DNA from: Photobacterium sagamiensis
Lineage (GTDB): Bacteria; Pseudomonadota; Gammaproteobacteria; Enterobacterales; Vibrionaceae
Direction: 5' to 3'
Assembly: GCF_050337085.1 (NCBI RefSeq)
Contig: NZ_JAKJSP010000021.1
Span: forward strand, 112,923 to 152,922
Length of the DNA: 40,000 nt
Shown: one piece after another, positions 20,839 to 30,532 of the stretch
Position numbering within the stretch: position 1 is the stretch's first letter
Layout: each line of letters begins with the position of its first letter
The notes under the pieces: model-generated
What the model was told of the DNA's origin: nothing
The model's input: only the letters and a program-made list of their open reading frames with translations
Databases searched by the model: none
Made by a program: the position numbers and the translations under genes

Positions 20839-21300
20839 ATGAGTGGCTTGGATAACATAGACAGAACATTACTACGGCTATTACAGCAAGATGGCACCAC
20901 GGCTTTAGCAGAGCTGGCCGATGCCGTTAACCTGACCACCACGCCATGCTGGAAGCGCTTAAAGCGGTTAGAAGAAAACGGGATATTACGCCAGCGAGTT
21001 GCGCTGCTTGATCCGGTTAAACTGGGATTATCTTTTACGGCTTTTGTGCAGATAAAAACCAGTAACCACTCAAAAGAGTGGTATCACTGCTTTGTCGAAA
21101 CGGTGTCGGAGTTTCCGGAAGTGATGGAATTCTATCGCATGGCCGGGGAATACGATTACATGATGAAAGTACAGGTCGCCGATATGGCGGCGTTTGATCT
21201 GTTCTATAAGAAGCTGGTTAACAGTGTAGAGGGCCTGACCAATGTGACCTCTACCTTTGCCATGGAACCGTTAAAATATACCACTGCGCTACCCCTTTAA
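20839..21300 (+). CDS. decR: Lrp/AsnC-family transcriptional regulator, DecR/YbaO-like
   Basis: Strong collinear resemblance to E. coli YbaO as I recall it ([39 protein letters not shown]). Sits upstream of mdlAB, as in E. coli. Confidence 0.75.
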   Translation: MSGLDNIDRTLLRLLQQDGTTALAELADAVNLTTTPCWKRLKRLEENGILRQRVALLDPVKLGLSFTAFVQIKTSNHSKEWYHCFVETVSEFPEVMEFYRMAGEYDYMMKVQVADMAAFDLFYKKLVNSVEGLTNVTSTFAMEPLKYTTALPL

Positions 21301-21591
21301 TTTGCAGGATAAAAAAGAATTTATAAAATCAATTATAAGCAAAAGCAGGATTAATAACTGTTTTTTAATTAACCGCTATTTTGCTGTTGAATCAGTCGCT
21401 TAATCTTCGATAATGGACGTCGTTATACAGGTCTCTCATCAGAGTCACTCTCGCGAAATGACCCGTTACTTCATATGATTGATAGAGCTGGGGGATCCAT
21501 TTATGACTCAGCTCTGGTCAAAAGCCTTGTTATTGCCGCGTCTTATTTATTCGCATTATTAGTTAATCAAACTGCCGTCTGTGGAGGGAAC

Positions 21592-23334
21592 ATGCAGATA
21601 TTCTGGCAACTCAGATGGTTTTTTCGTCAGGAATGGCGTCGCTACGGCGGTGCTATTTCTATTCTGTGTGTCGTCGCTGTATTTGAATTGATCCCGCCGC
21701 GTGCCATTGGCTGGATTGTCGATGGCGTCGTCGAGGGCGAAATGTCTCTTGCTACGATGTTGGTGTGGCTGGGCACCATCATAGGGATATGGTTCCTGAT
21801 CTATCTCTTGCGGGTTATCTGGCGGATCTGGTTATTTGGCGCGGCAGCTAAGCTGGGCACGGTACTGCGTAACCGCCTGTACCGCCATTTTTCGTTACAC
21901 CCCCCGGTCTTTTTTGAGCGTTATAAAACCGGCGATTTAATGGCGCGCTCAACCAATGATGTTAACGCTGTTGTGATGACCGCTGGTGAAGGGGTGCTGA
22001 CGGCAGCAGATTCTTTGATCACCGGATTGGCAGTGTTAGTCATCATGACGACTCAGCTCAGCTGGCAGTTGACTCTGCTGGCTTTATTACCTATGCCTGT
22101 CATGACACTGGTTGTATTTCGTTTCGGTCGGCAATTGCATTCCAGGTTTGCAAAATCGCAGGCCGCCTTTTCAAACCTGACAGATAAAACCCAGGAATCG
22201 CTCAATGGGGTACGGATGATCCGCGCCTTTGGGTTGGAGCAGCGTCAGCAAGCTGAATTTGACGAGGTTGTTGATGAGACAGGGCGTAAAAATTTAGCGG
22301 TTGAGAAGATCGATGCCAAGTTTAATCCGGTAATTCAATTAACCGTCGGCATGTCATTTTTTCTCAGTGTGGCCGGTGGAGGTTACCTGATTTCTCTGGG
22401 GCGTTTAACGCTGGGAGATCTCACCGCGTTCACTTTGTACCAGGGATTGATGATATGGCCAATGCTGGCTATGGCATGGCTGTTTAATATTCTGGAGCGG
22501 GGCTCTGCCGCCTGGCAGCGCATTCAGCATATATTTAATGAAACGCCGGATATTATCAGCGGTGACACACCATTGAGTGAAACCCGGCAAACCTTGCATG
22601 TCGATATTGAACAGTTTTGTTGGAACTGGCAGACTCAGCCAGCCCTGCAACAGGTGAATTTCGAACTGGCCGCCGGGCAGATGCTTGGCATTGCCGGGCC
22701 AATCGGTAGCGGTAAATCGACCTTGCTATCATTGTTACTGCGTCAGCAGGAATTGCAACACGGTTCGATTCAATATGGTGATGTCGCGATTGCCGAAGCC
22801 AACCTCAGTCACTGGCGCAGCCGGTTTGCCGTTGTCAGTCAGGCACCTTTTCTCTTTTCCCGCTCAATTGCCGATAACATTGCCCTTGGTTTCCCAGAAG
22901 CAACGCAAAAGCAGATCCGTCAGGCCGCTCAGTTGGCATGTGTTGATGAGGATATCATGCAGTTTCCTGAAGGATACGACACCTTAGTGGGTGAAAAAGG
23001 CATCACCTTATCGGGTGGGCAGAAGCAGCGTATCTCAATTGCCAGGGCGCTGTTACTGGAGGCTGAAATTCTGGTGCTGGATGATTCCCTCTCTGCGGTT
23101 GATGGAAAAACCGAGCATAAAATATTGCAGAACCTGCGTACCCGGCAGAATACGCGGGCAGTGATCGTGATTGCTCACCGACTGACGGCGTTAGAACAAG
23201 CCGATGAGGTTATCGTATTGCAGCATGGTCAGATCGCAGAGCGCGGGAAACATCAGGCATTGATCCAGGAAGATAACTGGTATGCAGAAATGCATCGTTA
23301 TCAGAAGTTAGAACGTGCCATTGAGGAGGCGTAA
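21592..23334 (+). CDS. mdlA: ABC exporter, fused permease/ATPase (MdlA-like)
   Basis: The ATG at 21592 follows a GGAGGG RBS; the longer ORF from 21475 is unlikely. Six-TM domain, Walker A GPIGSGKST, signature LSGGQKQR, Walker B ILVLDD. Confidence 0.8.
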   Translation: MQIFWQLRWFFRQEWRRYGGAISILCVVAVFELIPPRAIGWIVDGVVEGEMSLATMLVWLGTIIGIWFLIYLLRVIWRIWLFGAAAKLGTVLRNRLYRHFSLHPPVFFERYKTGDLMARSTNDVNAVVMTAGEGVLTAADSLITGLAVLVIMTTQLSWQLTLLALLPMPVMTLVVFRFGRQLHSRFAKSQAAFSNLTDKTQESLNGVRMIRAFGLEQRQQAEFDEVVDETGRKNLAVEKIDAKFNPVIQLTVGMSFFLSVAGGGYLISLGRLTLGDLTAFTLYQGLMIWPMLAMAWLFNILERGSAAWQRIQHIFNETPDIISGDTPLSETRQTLHVDIEQFCWNWQTQPALQQVNFELAAGQMLGIAGPIGSGKSTLLSLLLRQQELQHGSIQYGDVAIAEANLSHWRSRFAVVSQAPFLFSRSIADNIALGFPEATQKQIRQAAQLACVDEDIMQFPEGYDTLVGEKGITLSGGQKQRISIARALLLEAEILVLDDSLSAVDGKTEHKILQNLRTRQNTRAVIVIAHRLTALEQADEVIVLQHGQIAERGKHQALIQEDNWYAEMHRYQKLERAIEEA

Positions 23335-25115
23335 TGAGTGAGGGAGCCGTCAGCAAAGCCGTGCTCAAGCGTCTTTTAAGTTATGTCTTGCATGATAAGA
23401 AGAAATTGATGATTGCGGCAATGCTGTTAATTGCCGCTTCGCTGGCAGATGTGTCCGGCCCGTGGTTGATCCAGCACTTTATTGATAACTATATTGCTAA
23501 AGATAACTATCCCATCGAGGGGTTGGCAGGGCTGGCCGCGGCTTATATTGGCCTGATGTGCCTCGCGGCCTGGTTTCAATATGCCCAGTCGATCCGTTTT
23601 AATGAAATAGCGATTGGTGTTGTGCAGACCGTGCGTAAACAGCTGTTTGGCAAAGTACTGAATCAGCCATTATCAGCCTTTGATTACATGCCGGCAGGGA
23701 AACTCATATCCCGGATCACCAACGATACCGAGTCAATCAAAGACTTTTATGTTTTTGTTATTTCAACTGTCTTAAAAAATATCGCCTTGATCAGTGTGAT
23801 GTTGGTTGTGATGACGATGCTGAGTTGGCGTTTAACCATAGTGGTGCTGATTTTATTGCCTGTTGTGGTGTGCATTATGGTGGTTTACCAGCGAAAAAGT
23901 GCTGGAGCCTATCGAAAAATGCGCGACTTACTGACCGACATAAATGCTTCGATGAGCGAGTCGATTCAGGGCATGAGCCTGATCCAGCTGATGCGTCAGG
24001 AGCGAGAGTTCAGCGATCAGTTCTCATCCCTGACAAGCCGCCACTTACAGTCACAGATCGGGGTGATGAAGCTCAATGGGTTGTTATTGCGTCCGTTAAT
24101 CGATTTTCTCTCTGGGGTTGCATTGATTTCGCTGGTTGCCATGTTTGGTGTCAGTGGGGTTGAATTAATTGGTGTCGGTGTGCTGTACGCCTTTATCAGT
24201 TATCTCGGACGGGTGACGGAACCATTAATTGAACTGACCCAGCAGCTGTCTTTATTGCAACAGGCTCTGGTTGCCAGTGAACGGATCTTTGGTTTAATTG
24301 ATGCAAAACAGCAAGCGTATGGCGATGATACCAAGCTATTAGCATTCGGTGATTTGCAGTGCCAACAGGTTAGTTTTAGTTATGACGGTAAACAAAATGT
24401 TCTGAACCAGATAGATGTCAGTTTGAAGCACCGCGGTTTTCTCGCGCTGGTCGGGCATACCGGTAGCGGGAAAAGTACCCTGGCATCGCTGATGATGGGT
24501 TTTTATCCGGTCACACAAGGTCAGGTGCTGGTTGATGGCCGACCGTTGGCAACGCTGAGCCAGCAAGTATTGCGCCAGGGAATTGCCATGGTGCAGCAGG
24601 ATCCCCATGTGCTGAATGATACCGTACGGAATAATATTTGCCTTGGCCGACGTGTGGCTGATGAGGTGATCTGGCATGAACTGGAAAAAATCGGCCTGGC
24701 AGAGCAAATCCATCAGTATCAAGACGGGTTAGACACGCGCCTGGGCGGGGGAGAGGTGAACCTTTCTGCCGGTCAGAAACAGTTGCTGGCGCTGGCTCGC
24801 GTGCTGGTGGCGCAACCTAAAATACTGATCCTTGATGAAGCGACGGCAAATATTGATTCCGGAACTGAGCAAAAGATCCAGCAGGCACTGGATGTGCTGC
24901 GTCAGGACATGAGTATCGTCGTTATTGCCCATCGTTTATCGACCATAATGGCAGCCGATGAAATTATTGTATTGCATCGCGGTAATATCACCGAGCGTGG
25001 TACTCACCGGCAGTTACTGACTCAGCAAGGCCATTACTGGCAAATGTATCAGTTGCAACAGGCGGGTGAGCATTTACACCAGCTGGAAGATGAAACCGGT
25101 GCGGAAGTTGTGTAA
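23334..25115 (+). CDS. mdlB: ABC exporter, fused permease/ATPase (MdlB-like)
   Basis: TAATG overlap with the upstream gene. Walker A GHTGSGKST, signature LSAGQKQL, Walker B ILILDE. Confidence 0.8.
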   Translation: MSEGAVSKAVLKRLLSYVLHDKKKLMIAAMLLIAASLADVSGPWLIQHFIDNYIAKDNYPIEGLAGLAAAYIGLMCLAAWFQYAQSIRFNEIAIGVVQTVRKQLFGKVLNQPLSAFDYMPAGKLISRITNDTESIKDFYVFVISTVLKNIALISVMLVVMTMLSWRLTIVVLILLPVVVCIMVVYQRKSAGAYRKMRDLLTDINASMSESIQGMSLIQLMRQEREFSDQFSSLTSRHLQSQIGVMKLNGLLLRPLIDFLSGVALISLVAMFGVSGVELIGVGVLYAFISYLGRVTEPLIELTQQLSLLQQALVASERIFGLIDAKQQAYGDDTKLLAFGDLQCQQVSFSYDGKQNVLNQIDVSLKHRGFLALVGHTGSGKSTLASLMMGFYPVTQGQVLVDGRPLATLSQQVLRQGIAMVQQDPHVLNDTVRNNICLGRRVADEVIWHELEKIGLAEQIHQYQDGLDTRLGGGEVNLSAGQKQLLALARVLVAQPKILILDEATANIDSGTEQKIQQALDVLRQDMSIVVIAHRLSTIMAADEIIVLHRGNITERGTHRQLLTQQGHYWQMYQLQQAGEHLHQLEDETGAEVV

Positions 25116-25175
25116 GTATTAAGTTTAAATCGATGCGACAGGAGCCGGGATAAGCAGCCCCTGTGGCAGACGCCG

Positions 25176-26039
25176 TTATGGTTGGTGCTGGCGCATCAAC
25201 CCTTCCTGAATAGCGGAAGCAACCAGTTCACCTTTCTGGTTATATATCTCACCACGCACTAAACCACGGGCACCACTGGCCGACGGGCTGTCGATGGCAT
25301 ACAGCAGCCATTCATCGAGGCGGAACGGGCGGTGGAACCACATTGAATGATCGATCGTGGCAACTTGCATCTTAGGTGTCAGCAAGGTGACGCCGTGTGG
25401 TTGTAGTGCCGTCACCAGAAATCCCCAATCAGATGCATAGGCTAACAGATATTGATGGATCCGCGGGTCATCTGGCATTTCGCCATTGGCTTTGATCCAG
25501 AGATACTGCTTTGGCTCTGCGGCTTGTGGTTTCAACGGATTAATGACGGTGACAGGACGAACTTCAATCGGGCGATCGCGGCCGAACGTATCTACGGCTT
25601 GCTGGGGCAGGTGGTGCGCGATTGACTGAACCAGCTCTTTTTCAGAAGCGAGCCCGTCAGGTCCGGCAACATCAGGCATGGTTGATTGGTGATTAAATCC
25701 ATCTTCTTCTGCCTGATAAGATGCGGTGAGATAAAAAATGGGGCGTCCGTTCTGAATCGCTTTCACGCGGCGGGTACTGAAGCTTCTGCCGTCACGTAGT
25801 TTTTCTACATCATAGATGATTGGCTTTTCAGGATCGCCGGGTAATAAGAAATAACTATGGAAAGAGTGAACATGGCGTTGACTGTCGACCGTTTCTTTTG
25901 CGGCAGATAGCGATTGACCGATAACCTGACCACCATACACCTGAGGTAAGCCTAAATGTTCACTCTGGCCACGGAATAACCCTTGCTCCAGACGCTCTAA
26001 GTGTAACAGATTGAGAAGTTCATTCAGTTCTTTGCTCAT
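25176..26039 (-). CDS. tesB: Acyl-CoA thioesterase II
   Basis: Collinear with E. coli TesB ([20 protein letters not shown]..., [20 protein letters not shown]). The start is set at the ATG at 26039 rather than 26057. Confidence 0.92.
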   Translation of the reverse strand: MSKELNELLNLLHLERLEQGLFRGQSEHLGLPQVYGGQVIGQSLSAAKETVDSQRHVHSFHSYFLLPGDPEKPIIYDVEKLRDGRSFSTRRVKAIQNGRPIFYLTASYQAEEDGFNHQSTMPDVAGPDGLASEKELVQSIAHHLPQQAVDTFGRDRPIEVRPVTVINPLKPQAAEPKQYLWIKANGEMPDDPRIHQYLLAYASDWGFLVTALQPHGVTLLTPKMQVATIDHSMWFHRPFRLDEWLLYAIDSPSASGARGLVRGEIYNQKGELVASAIQEGLMRQHQP

Positions 26040-26201
26040 TGTGACTCCAATTACCATGCTATTATTACCCCCCCTTCTGAGTGATCACTCAATGACTCAG
26101 GTGGGATAGTGTTATTACGAAACTACAGCACAAAATCAAGTGCTATTAAATAGTAATCATACTTTTATTAAATTGTGTTTTGGTTTTAATCAGGGATCAT
26201 C

Positions 26202-26621
26202 ATGAAACAAATTCTTACGCTAATGTTTGCATTAGTATTCGCTCTTGTTATTACGGCTTGTACTAACCTGGTTAAGACTGACACAGATATGAGCAATGTT
26301 AAGGGTTCACTGGCCTATGCTGAGCTTATTGCCTTACCAGACAATGCACGCATTACCGTGACTTTAGCTGATGTGTCTAAAATGGACGCCGCTGCCGAGG
26401 TGATCAGTAGCCAGTCATTTATTGCTGACGGTAAACAAGTGCCTTTTCACTTCCAGTTGGACTATAAGCTGGATGAAGTTAAGCAAAATCATACCTATGC
26501 AGTAAGCGCACGTATCGAAGTCAATGGCAAGCTGATGTTTATCACTGATACCGCCAACCATGTGATCACCGATCCCGCAGCAACGAACAAGCTAAATTTA
26601 ATGTTAGCTAAAGTAAAGTAA
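26202..26621 (+). CDS. ybaY: YbaY-family lipoprotein
   Basis: Lipobox LVITAC. Positioned between tesB and ybaZ exactly as in E. coli. Confidence 0.7.
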   Translation: MKQILTLMFALVFALVITACTNLVKTDTDMSNVKGSLAYAELIALPDNARITVTLADVSKMDAAAEVISSQSFIADGKQVPFHFQLDYKLDEVKQNHTYAVSARIEVNGKLMFITDTANHVITDPAATNKLNLMLAKVK

Positions 26622-26624
26622 CAC

Positions 26625-26951
26625 TCATTTCTTTTCGTCTGAGACAGGTACGCCATTCCAGCGGTATTTTTGCAGTGATATCTTGCCTGCCTCTGACACT
26701 TCCACCCCTTCGGCCAGCAGGCTCGCTCTCTGACGGAGCAAATCGCTGCCTTTCATCGAGATCATCCCTTTCGCATTAATCACGCGATGCCAGGGTAAAG
26801 TTGAACCTTCTGGCAGGTTAGCCATTAAGCGCCCGACCTGGCGTGCATAACCGGGAAAACCGGAAAATTTAGCAATATCTCCGTAAGTTGTGACTTTGCC
26901 GGAAGGAATTTGGTGAATTTGGGTGTAGATTTGACTTGGAAAGTCGTCCAT
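26625..26951 (-). CDS. atl: Alkyltransferase-like DNA-binding protein (YbaZ/Atl; MGMT DNA-binding domain, no active-site Cys motif seen)
   Basis: From the ATG at 26951: MDDFPSQIYTQIHQIPSGKVTTYGDIA...LPWHRVINAKG, the typical MGMT C-terminal fold. The ORF-track N-terminal extension to 27035 is unlikely. Confidence 0.75.
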   Translation of the reverse strand: MDDFPSQIYTQIHQIPSGKVTTYGDIAKFSGFPGYARQVGRLMANLPEGSTLPWHRVINAKGMISMKGSDLLRQRASLLAEGVEVSEAGKISLQKYRWNGVPVSDEKK

Positions 26952-27047
26952 ATTTAAACCTGAAGCTATAAATAAGATACATACCGATAGTTGCTGATTT
27001 CTATTAGTTCTCCTTCGCACTATCGGATAACGCAAGGAGGTGCTGCC

Positions 27048-27782
27048 ATGTTGTATGCCGCGTTACTCGTTTTGGTCAGCATTGCGCTGACTGTATTAGG
27101 TGTCAGTGCACTAGGTTATAGCCAGGGAGATCTTCCCGCACTGGCCCTTGCTATACCCGCGCTCTGGCTATTGCCCCAAGGTGGCGTTGCAGCCTGGCTG
27201 TTACTGATAGCGCTCGCTTCTTTTGGTATTGTACTGCCAGAACAACCACTCGCACTTTCCATTGGCATCTTTATGATGTTACCTATTTTTTCTGTGACTT
27301 TCTCGCCCAAAAGCAATTGGCAGCTGGGGGCGTTATTAATCTCGGTTGTGCTCGCGATGGATGTCGGGCTGATGGCACTGCAGAGCGAAGGCAAGCTTGC
27401 TGGCAGTGTGTTAGCGACTGTAGTTCAGATTGTTGCTGTTTCCGCGATTTGGTACGCAGCCAGAAACTGGCGTTATGTGGACGGTAATACCTGGTGGCCA
27501 CTGTTTTTGGTGATCCCCCTGTGGGTCGGAGGCATGGAGCATGCCGCGCTGGTGGCGTTATGTATTACCGGCTTGATTGCAGCCCTGCAAGGCATGAAGA
27601 AAGTGAAGCTTGGTGATTGGATCCCACGTTTAGTCTGGATTTTACCTGCGGTTGCTTTTGCAACGCTAGTTGTCACACCGCAATTTGAAGTCCCGAACCC
27701 GGTACTAGTGGCCTGGTTGCTGGTTTTGGGCTCGGCATTACTCGGAGAGTTCCTGCTCGAAGAACCCGAAGAAGAGCTGTAA
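27048..27782 (+). CDS. Hypothetical polytopic inner-membrane protein with an acidic C-terminus
   Basis: The ATG at 27048 follows an AAGGAGG RBS. Multiple hydrophobic helices. Ends in EEPEEEL. Confidence 0.6.
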   Translation: MLYAALLVLVSIALTVLGVSALGYSQGDLPALALAIPALWLLPQGGVAAWLLLIALASFGIVLPEQPLALSIGIFMMLPIFSVTFSPKSNWQLGALLISVVLAMDVGLMALQSEGKLAGSVLATVVQIVAVSAIWYAARNWRYVDGNTWWPLFLVIPLWVGGMEHAALVALCITGLIAALQGMKKVKLGDWIPRLVWILPAVAFATLVVTPQFEVPNPVLVAWLLVLGSALLGEFLLEEPEEEL

Positions 27783-27890
27783 ACCGAGAGTGAACCGCGA
27801 CAGAAAGCGGTTAATTCTTTCATATCAAACAGATTAGCCGTCAGTTTGGGTAATAAATCAGCAGTTGACATCGTGCAGGGCGTTAACGCC

Positions 27891-27919
27891 TTGCATTGTG
27901 TTCTGCCTTGTTGGATAAT
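27891..27919 (+). promoter_or_regulatory. Putative sigma-70 promoter of ffs
   Basis: TTGCAT (27891-27896), 17-bp spacer, GATAAT (27914-27919). This predicts a ~25-nt leader, comparable to the processed 4.5S precursor of E. coli. Confidence 0.4.
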
Positions 27920-27953
27920 CTCTCCCGTTCTCGAACAGAGACAAAGAATCTAT

Positions 27954-28069
27954 GGAGGCCCCCATTGGTCCTCCCGCAACACTAACCTGTGAACTCGGCC
28001 AGGCCCGGAAGGGAGCAACCGCAGCGGGTGACGTGTGTGCCGGGATGTGGCTGGTGGGGGCTTCCACCC
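27954..28069 (+). ncRNA. ffs: 4.5S RNA / signal recognition particle RNA
   Basis: Near-collinear with E. coli 4.5S RNA as I recall it: ...CCUCCCGCAAC...GGCCAGGCCCGGAAGGGAGCAACC...GUGUGCCGGGAUGUGGCUGG.... The terminal helix pairs GGAGGCCCCCA with UGGGGGCUUCC. It sits right after ybaZ, as in E. coli. Confidence 0.9.
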
Positions 28070-28080
28070 ATCTGCTGTTT
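28035..28080. repeat. att direct repeat, copy 1 (3' 35 nt of ffs plus 11 nt downstream)
   Basis: 46/46 identity with 34753-34798: gtgtgccgggatgtggctggtgggggcttccacccatctgctgttt. Confidence 0.9.
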
Positions 28081-28929
28081 GCCAATCTTATCAATAAGTT
28101 ACAGCTAACTCTCTCAAACTTATCCACTCTATGTGGATGACTTCCAATAGCGTTCTTCAAAACTATACACGTAAATCAATGTTTGGTCGATCCTCTCTGA
28201 CTACTGCGCAGAAGATGACAAAAACAGTAGGTTTACTACAGGTTTCACTTGGTTTGTGTATCGGACAAAGTCATCACTAAGATTTGAAGTAAGACTTTTT
28301 TGAACCTTATTCCTGTTATAGTTAAAACGCCATGAACCCAGTTGTGGTAAGGGATTAGAGAGTTTTAATGCCATAGGTTAGATAAAAATTAAGGCTGTCA
28401 GAGAGCTTATTTGATGGCTTAGAATTGCCCTGAAGGTTTGTCACATCTCTTTCGTCGCTATTTTCTGGCGGTGTATTAATAACAATAAAATGAATGCCCT
28501 TAATAGCTTCAAGGAAGCCTTAGATACTGAACCAGTAAGTTTATTCAAAGCTGTATAAGACTCCTCTGAAATCGGTCTTAGGGTTACTCACATGATTACG
28601 AATAATCACCTAGAAGATGATCCAGAAGCGTTCTGCCAACTACTACAGAAAGTTGGTGAAGAACTCACTTTAGCTGTTATGAGAAATCCAACAGAAGTGG
28701 AACTGGACAGCTTGAAGAATAGAAAACTTCATACTTCATTGATGATGTTATCAGTTCTATAACTGGTAGTGTGTCTACCTTGTTAGACATTGCTCAATGG
28801 TGATTTATCAGTCGTGAAACATAAAACACAGTTAAGTTGGTGATGTATCAGTCAAAATAAATTGAGTTCTCTTCAAATGCTTGCTTACTTGAAGTAAGGT
28901 ATTCTAGATACAATTTTTGGGAATCACTA

Positions 28930-30042
28930 ATGAAGTTGCGTTATTTTGCATACACCGTAAGACAACAAGATACACAACAAAAGATCTTGTATAACCTGAA
29001 ATTAGGCTTTGATGCTTTCTGTGAATACGATAACAAGAGTCTTAAAGGTGATTTCAAGAAAGGTGATGAAAAGTTATACCTTATCAAAGTAACCACCCAT
29101 CAAAACTTGTTCTATTTTGTTAGAACGAGTGATGACAGCTTTCTAAAACGTATTGATTTACAGAACATCACAATCGGTGAACTTCAAGATAAATTGAATG
29201 TGCATGAAAAAGTGGTTCATACTTCATACGTCTACATTTGTCCTGAAAGAGAAATTATTGGTTTTGCTAATGGTACGGGTTGTCCTAGACCTGATTCGCT
29301 CCAAGATTACATTAATCTTCTATTTGAGAAAGTTGGTTTAGACAATTTCAAAGTTAAACTAGAAGCCTTGAGTGAAAGTGCTACTAAAGAAGAGCTTATG
29401 AAAATGGATGTCGTTAGTAGTATGTTCATTGATACATCAGCAGATAGAACCCTTGGTAGATTGGTTTCTGGTTGGTTAACTGGTTCAGATGATGAGGATT
29501 TCAAGGGTAAAATTACTATCACGATCAAGCCAGAATCTAATAACATGAAAGATACATTCACAAAGATTCTGAACCGACATTCACTAGAACAGAATGATAG
29601 TGAAATTCTTCAGATTGGTGCTAAAGCTAAACACAATGAGCTTCACGGCCAGCTTGTTGATTACTGGTTAGATCAAAGCAGTAAACTTGCAGACCCTCTA
29701 AACCCTAGAGCAAAGCGTATGAACTTACATGAGCAGATTGAGGATAAAGTTGATAATAATACAAGACTGAAATCTGTATTCAAAAGTCACATTGACAACA
29801 TTCCTAACCTGAATGTGATGAAATCACATCCACAACTTGATGCTTATAAACATGTAGCCACGTATAAGCAACTTCTAAGTGCTATTCAAGATGAAGACAA
29901 ACAAGATGAAAGGGGCGCTAAGGAAATAGTAGCAGCAGCCCTTGGTCAATTAAAAAAGAAGCAAGCTAGAAGTTTATTAGATCGAGCAGACAACGACGAT
30001 AATGTTGCTGGCTTAGATACTAAACAACAAGCAGATCAATGA
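28930..30042 (+). CDS. RexA-like protein (abortive-infection sensor component) with a ~90-aa charged C-terminal extension
   Basis: Collinear motif matches to lambda RexA as I recall it: KLYLIKV..LFYFVRTSDDSFLKRI vs NYLYIHK..FLFTKTNDKSLVQKI; IIGFANGTGCPRPDSLQDY vs TIGFARTVFGPTTSDLTDF; ITITIKPE vs LDIVIKPK; KLADPLN vs HLSAPLN. Translationally coupled (ATGA) to a RexB-like TM protein. Confidence 0.65.
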   Translation: MKLRYFAYTVRQQDTQQKILYNLKLGFDAFCEYDNKSLKGDFKKGDEKLYLIKVTTHQNLFYFVRTSDDSFLKRIDLQNITIGELQDKLNVHEKVVHTSYVYICPEREIIGFANGTGCPRPDSLQDYINLLFEKVGLDNFKVKLEALSESATKEELMKMDVVSSMFIDTSADRTLGRLVSGWLTGSDDEDFKGKITITIKPESNNMKDTFTKILNRHSLEQNDSEILQIGAKAKHNELHGQLVDYWLDQSSKLADPLNPRAKRMNLHEQIEDKVDNNTRLKSVFKSHIDNIPNLNVMKSHPQLDAYKHVATYKQLLSAIQDEDKQDERGAKEIVAAALGQLKKKQARSLLDRADNDDNVAGLDTKQQADQ

Positions 30043-30500
30043 AAAAAACAGAGATAAGGAAGTTAAAGAGATTGATCATCTTCTCACCCATCTTTGGTGT
30101 GGTGATAGGCTTTCTGTACCTGATTCTCAAGCACTTTTCAGGTTGGTCTATAGGCTTCCTTAAAACCGAAACATTAGCGACTGTAGTTGCTGGTTTCAGC
30201 TTTACAATGCTTGGTTTCTTAGCTGCTATTGCTGCATTTATTTTCAGTCTTCAAAAGTACAGGTTTTTTAAACGCTGGATAGAAGATGGCAATGCTGAGG
30301 TGTTTTTTACCTTGTTCAAAACGTCCATAGTGTGCCTGTTTATAACGTTCGGCTTTAGCTTGTTTGTATTCACATCACAAGCCGCTGAATGGGCTTTTAG
30401 ATTCATGATGATGTCAGTCACAAATAACATTTTTCAGATGGCTATCATTTCATTTGTCATCATTGATAAGCTATCAATAGCAAAGCGTGAAGATGGTTAA
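30039..30500 (+). CDS. RexB-like small polytopic membrane protein
   Basis: 153 aa with ~4 TM helices. The size, topology and segment LATVVAGFSFTMLGFLAAIAAFIFSLQKYR resemble lambda RexB (LGATLSSYAGTMIAILIAALTFLIGSRTRR). 4-nt overlap with the upstream gene. Confidence 0.6.
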   Translation: MKKTEIRKLKRLIIFSPIFGVVIGFLYLILKHFSGWSIGFLKTETLATVVAGFSFTMLGFLAAIAAFIFSLQKYRFFKRWIEDGNAEVFFTLFKTSIVCLFITFGFSLFVFTSQAAEWAFRFMMMSVTNNIFQMAIISFVIIDKLSIAKREDG

Positions 30501-30532
30501 TGGCTAAAATAAGGCGAAATTAAGCATTGTAG

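Noticed and set aside
25116-25175. Terminator between convergent mdlB-like and tesB genes
   Set aside because: Only a weak 5-bp complementarity (acagg/cctgt) without T tracts, which is not enough to call.
27954-28069. Possibility that the island target is tmRNA (ssrA) or a tRNA gene
   Set aside because: The sequence has no tRNA-like acceptor/T-arm and no tag-peptide frame. It matches the 4.5S/SRP RNA hairpin, with the conserved GGAAG-containing domain IV motif and ybaZ-ffs synteny.
27858-28160. ORFs 27858-28160 (-) and 27952-28140 (+)
   Set aside because: Both lie on top of the ffs (4.5S RNA) gene and the att repeat. GC-rich structured RNA produces spurious open frames, and there is no RBS or protein-like motif.
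28592-28762. 56-aa ORF in the left arm of island 1
   Set aside because: It has no convincing RBS and no recognisable motif, and it sits among other very short frames. It is kept only as a note within a finding, not called as a gene.
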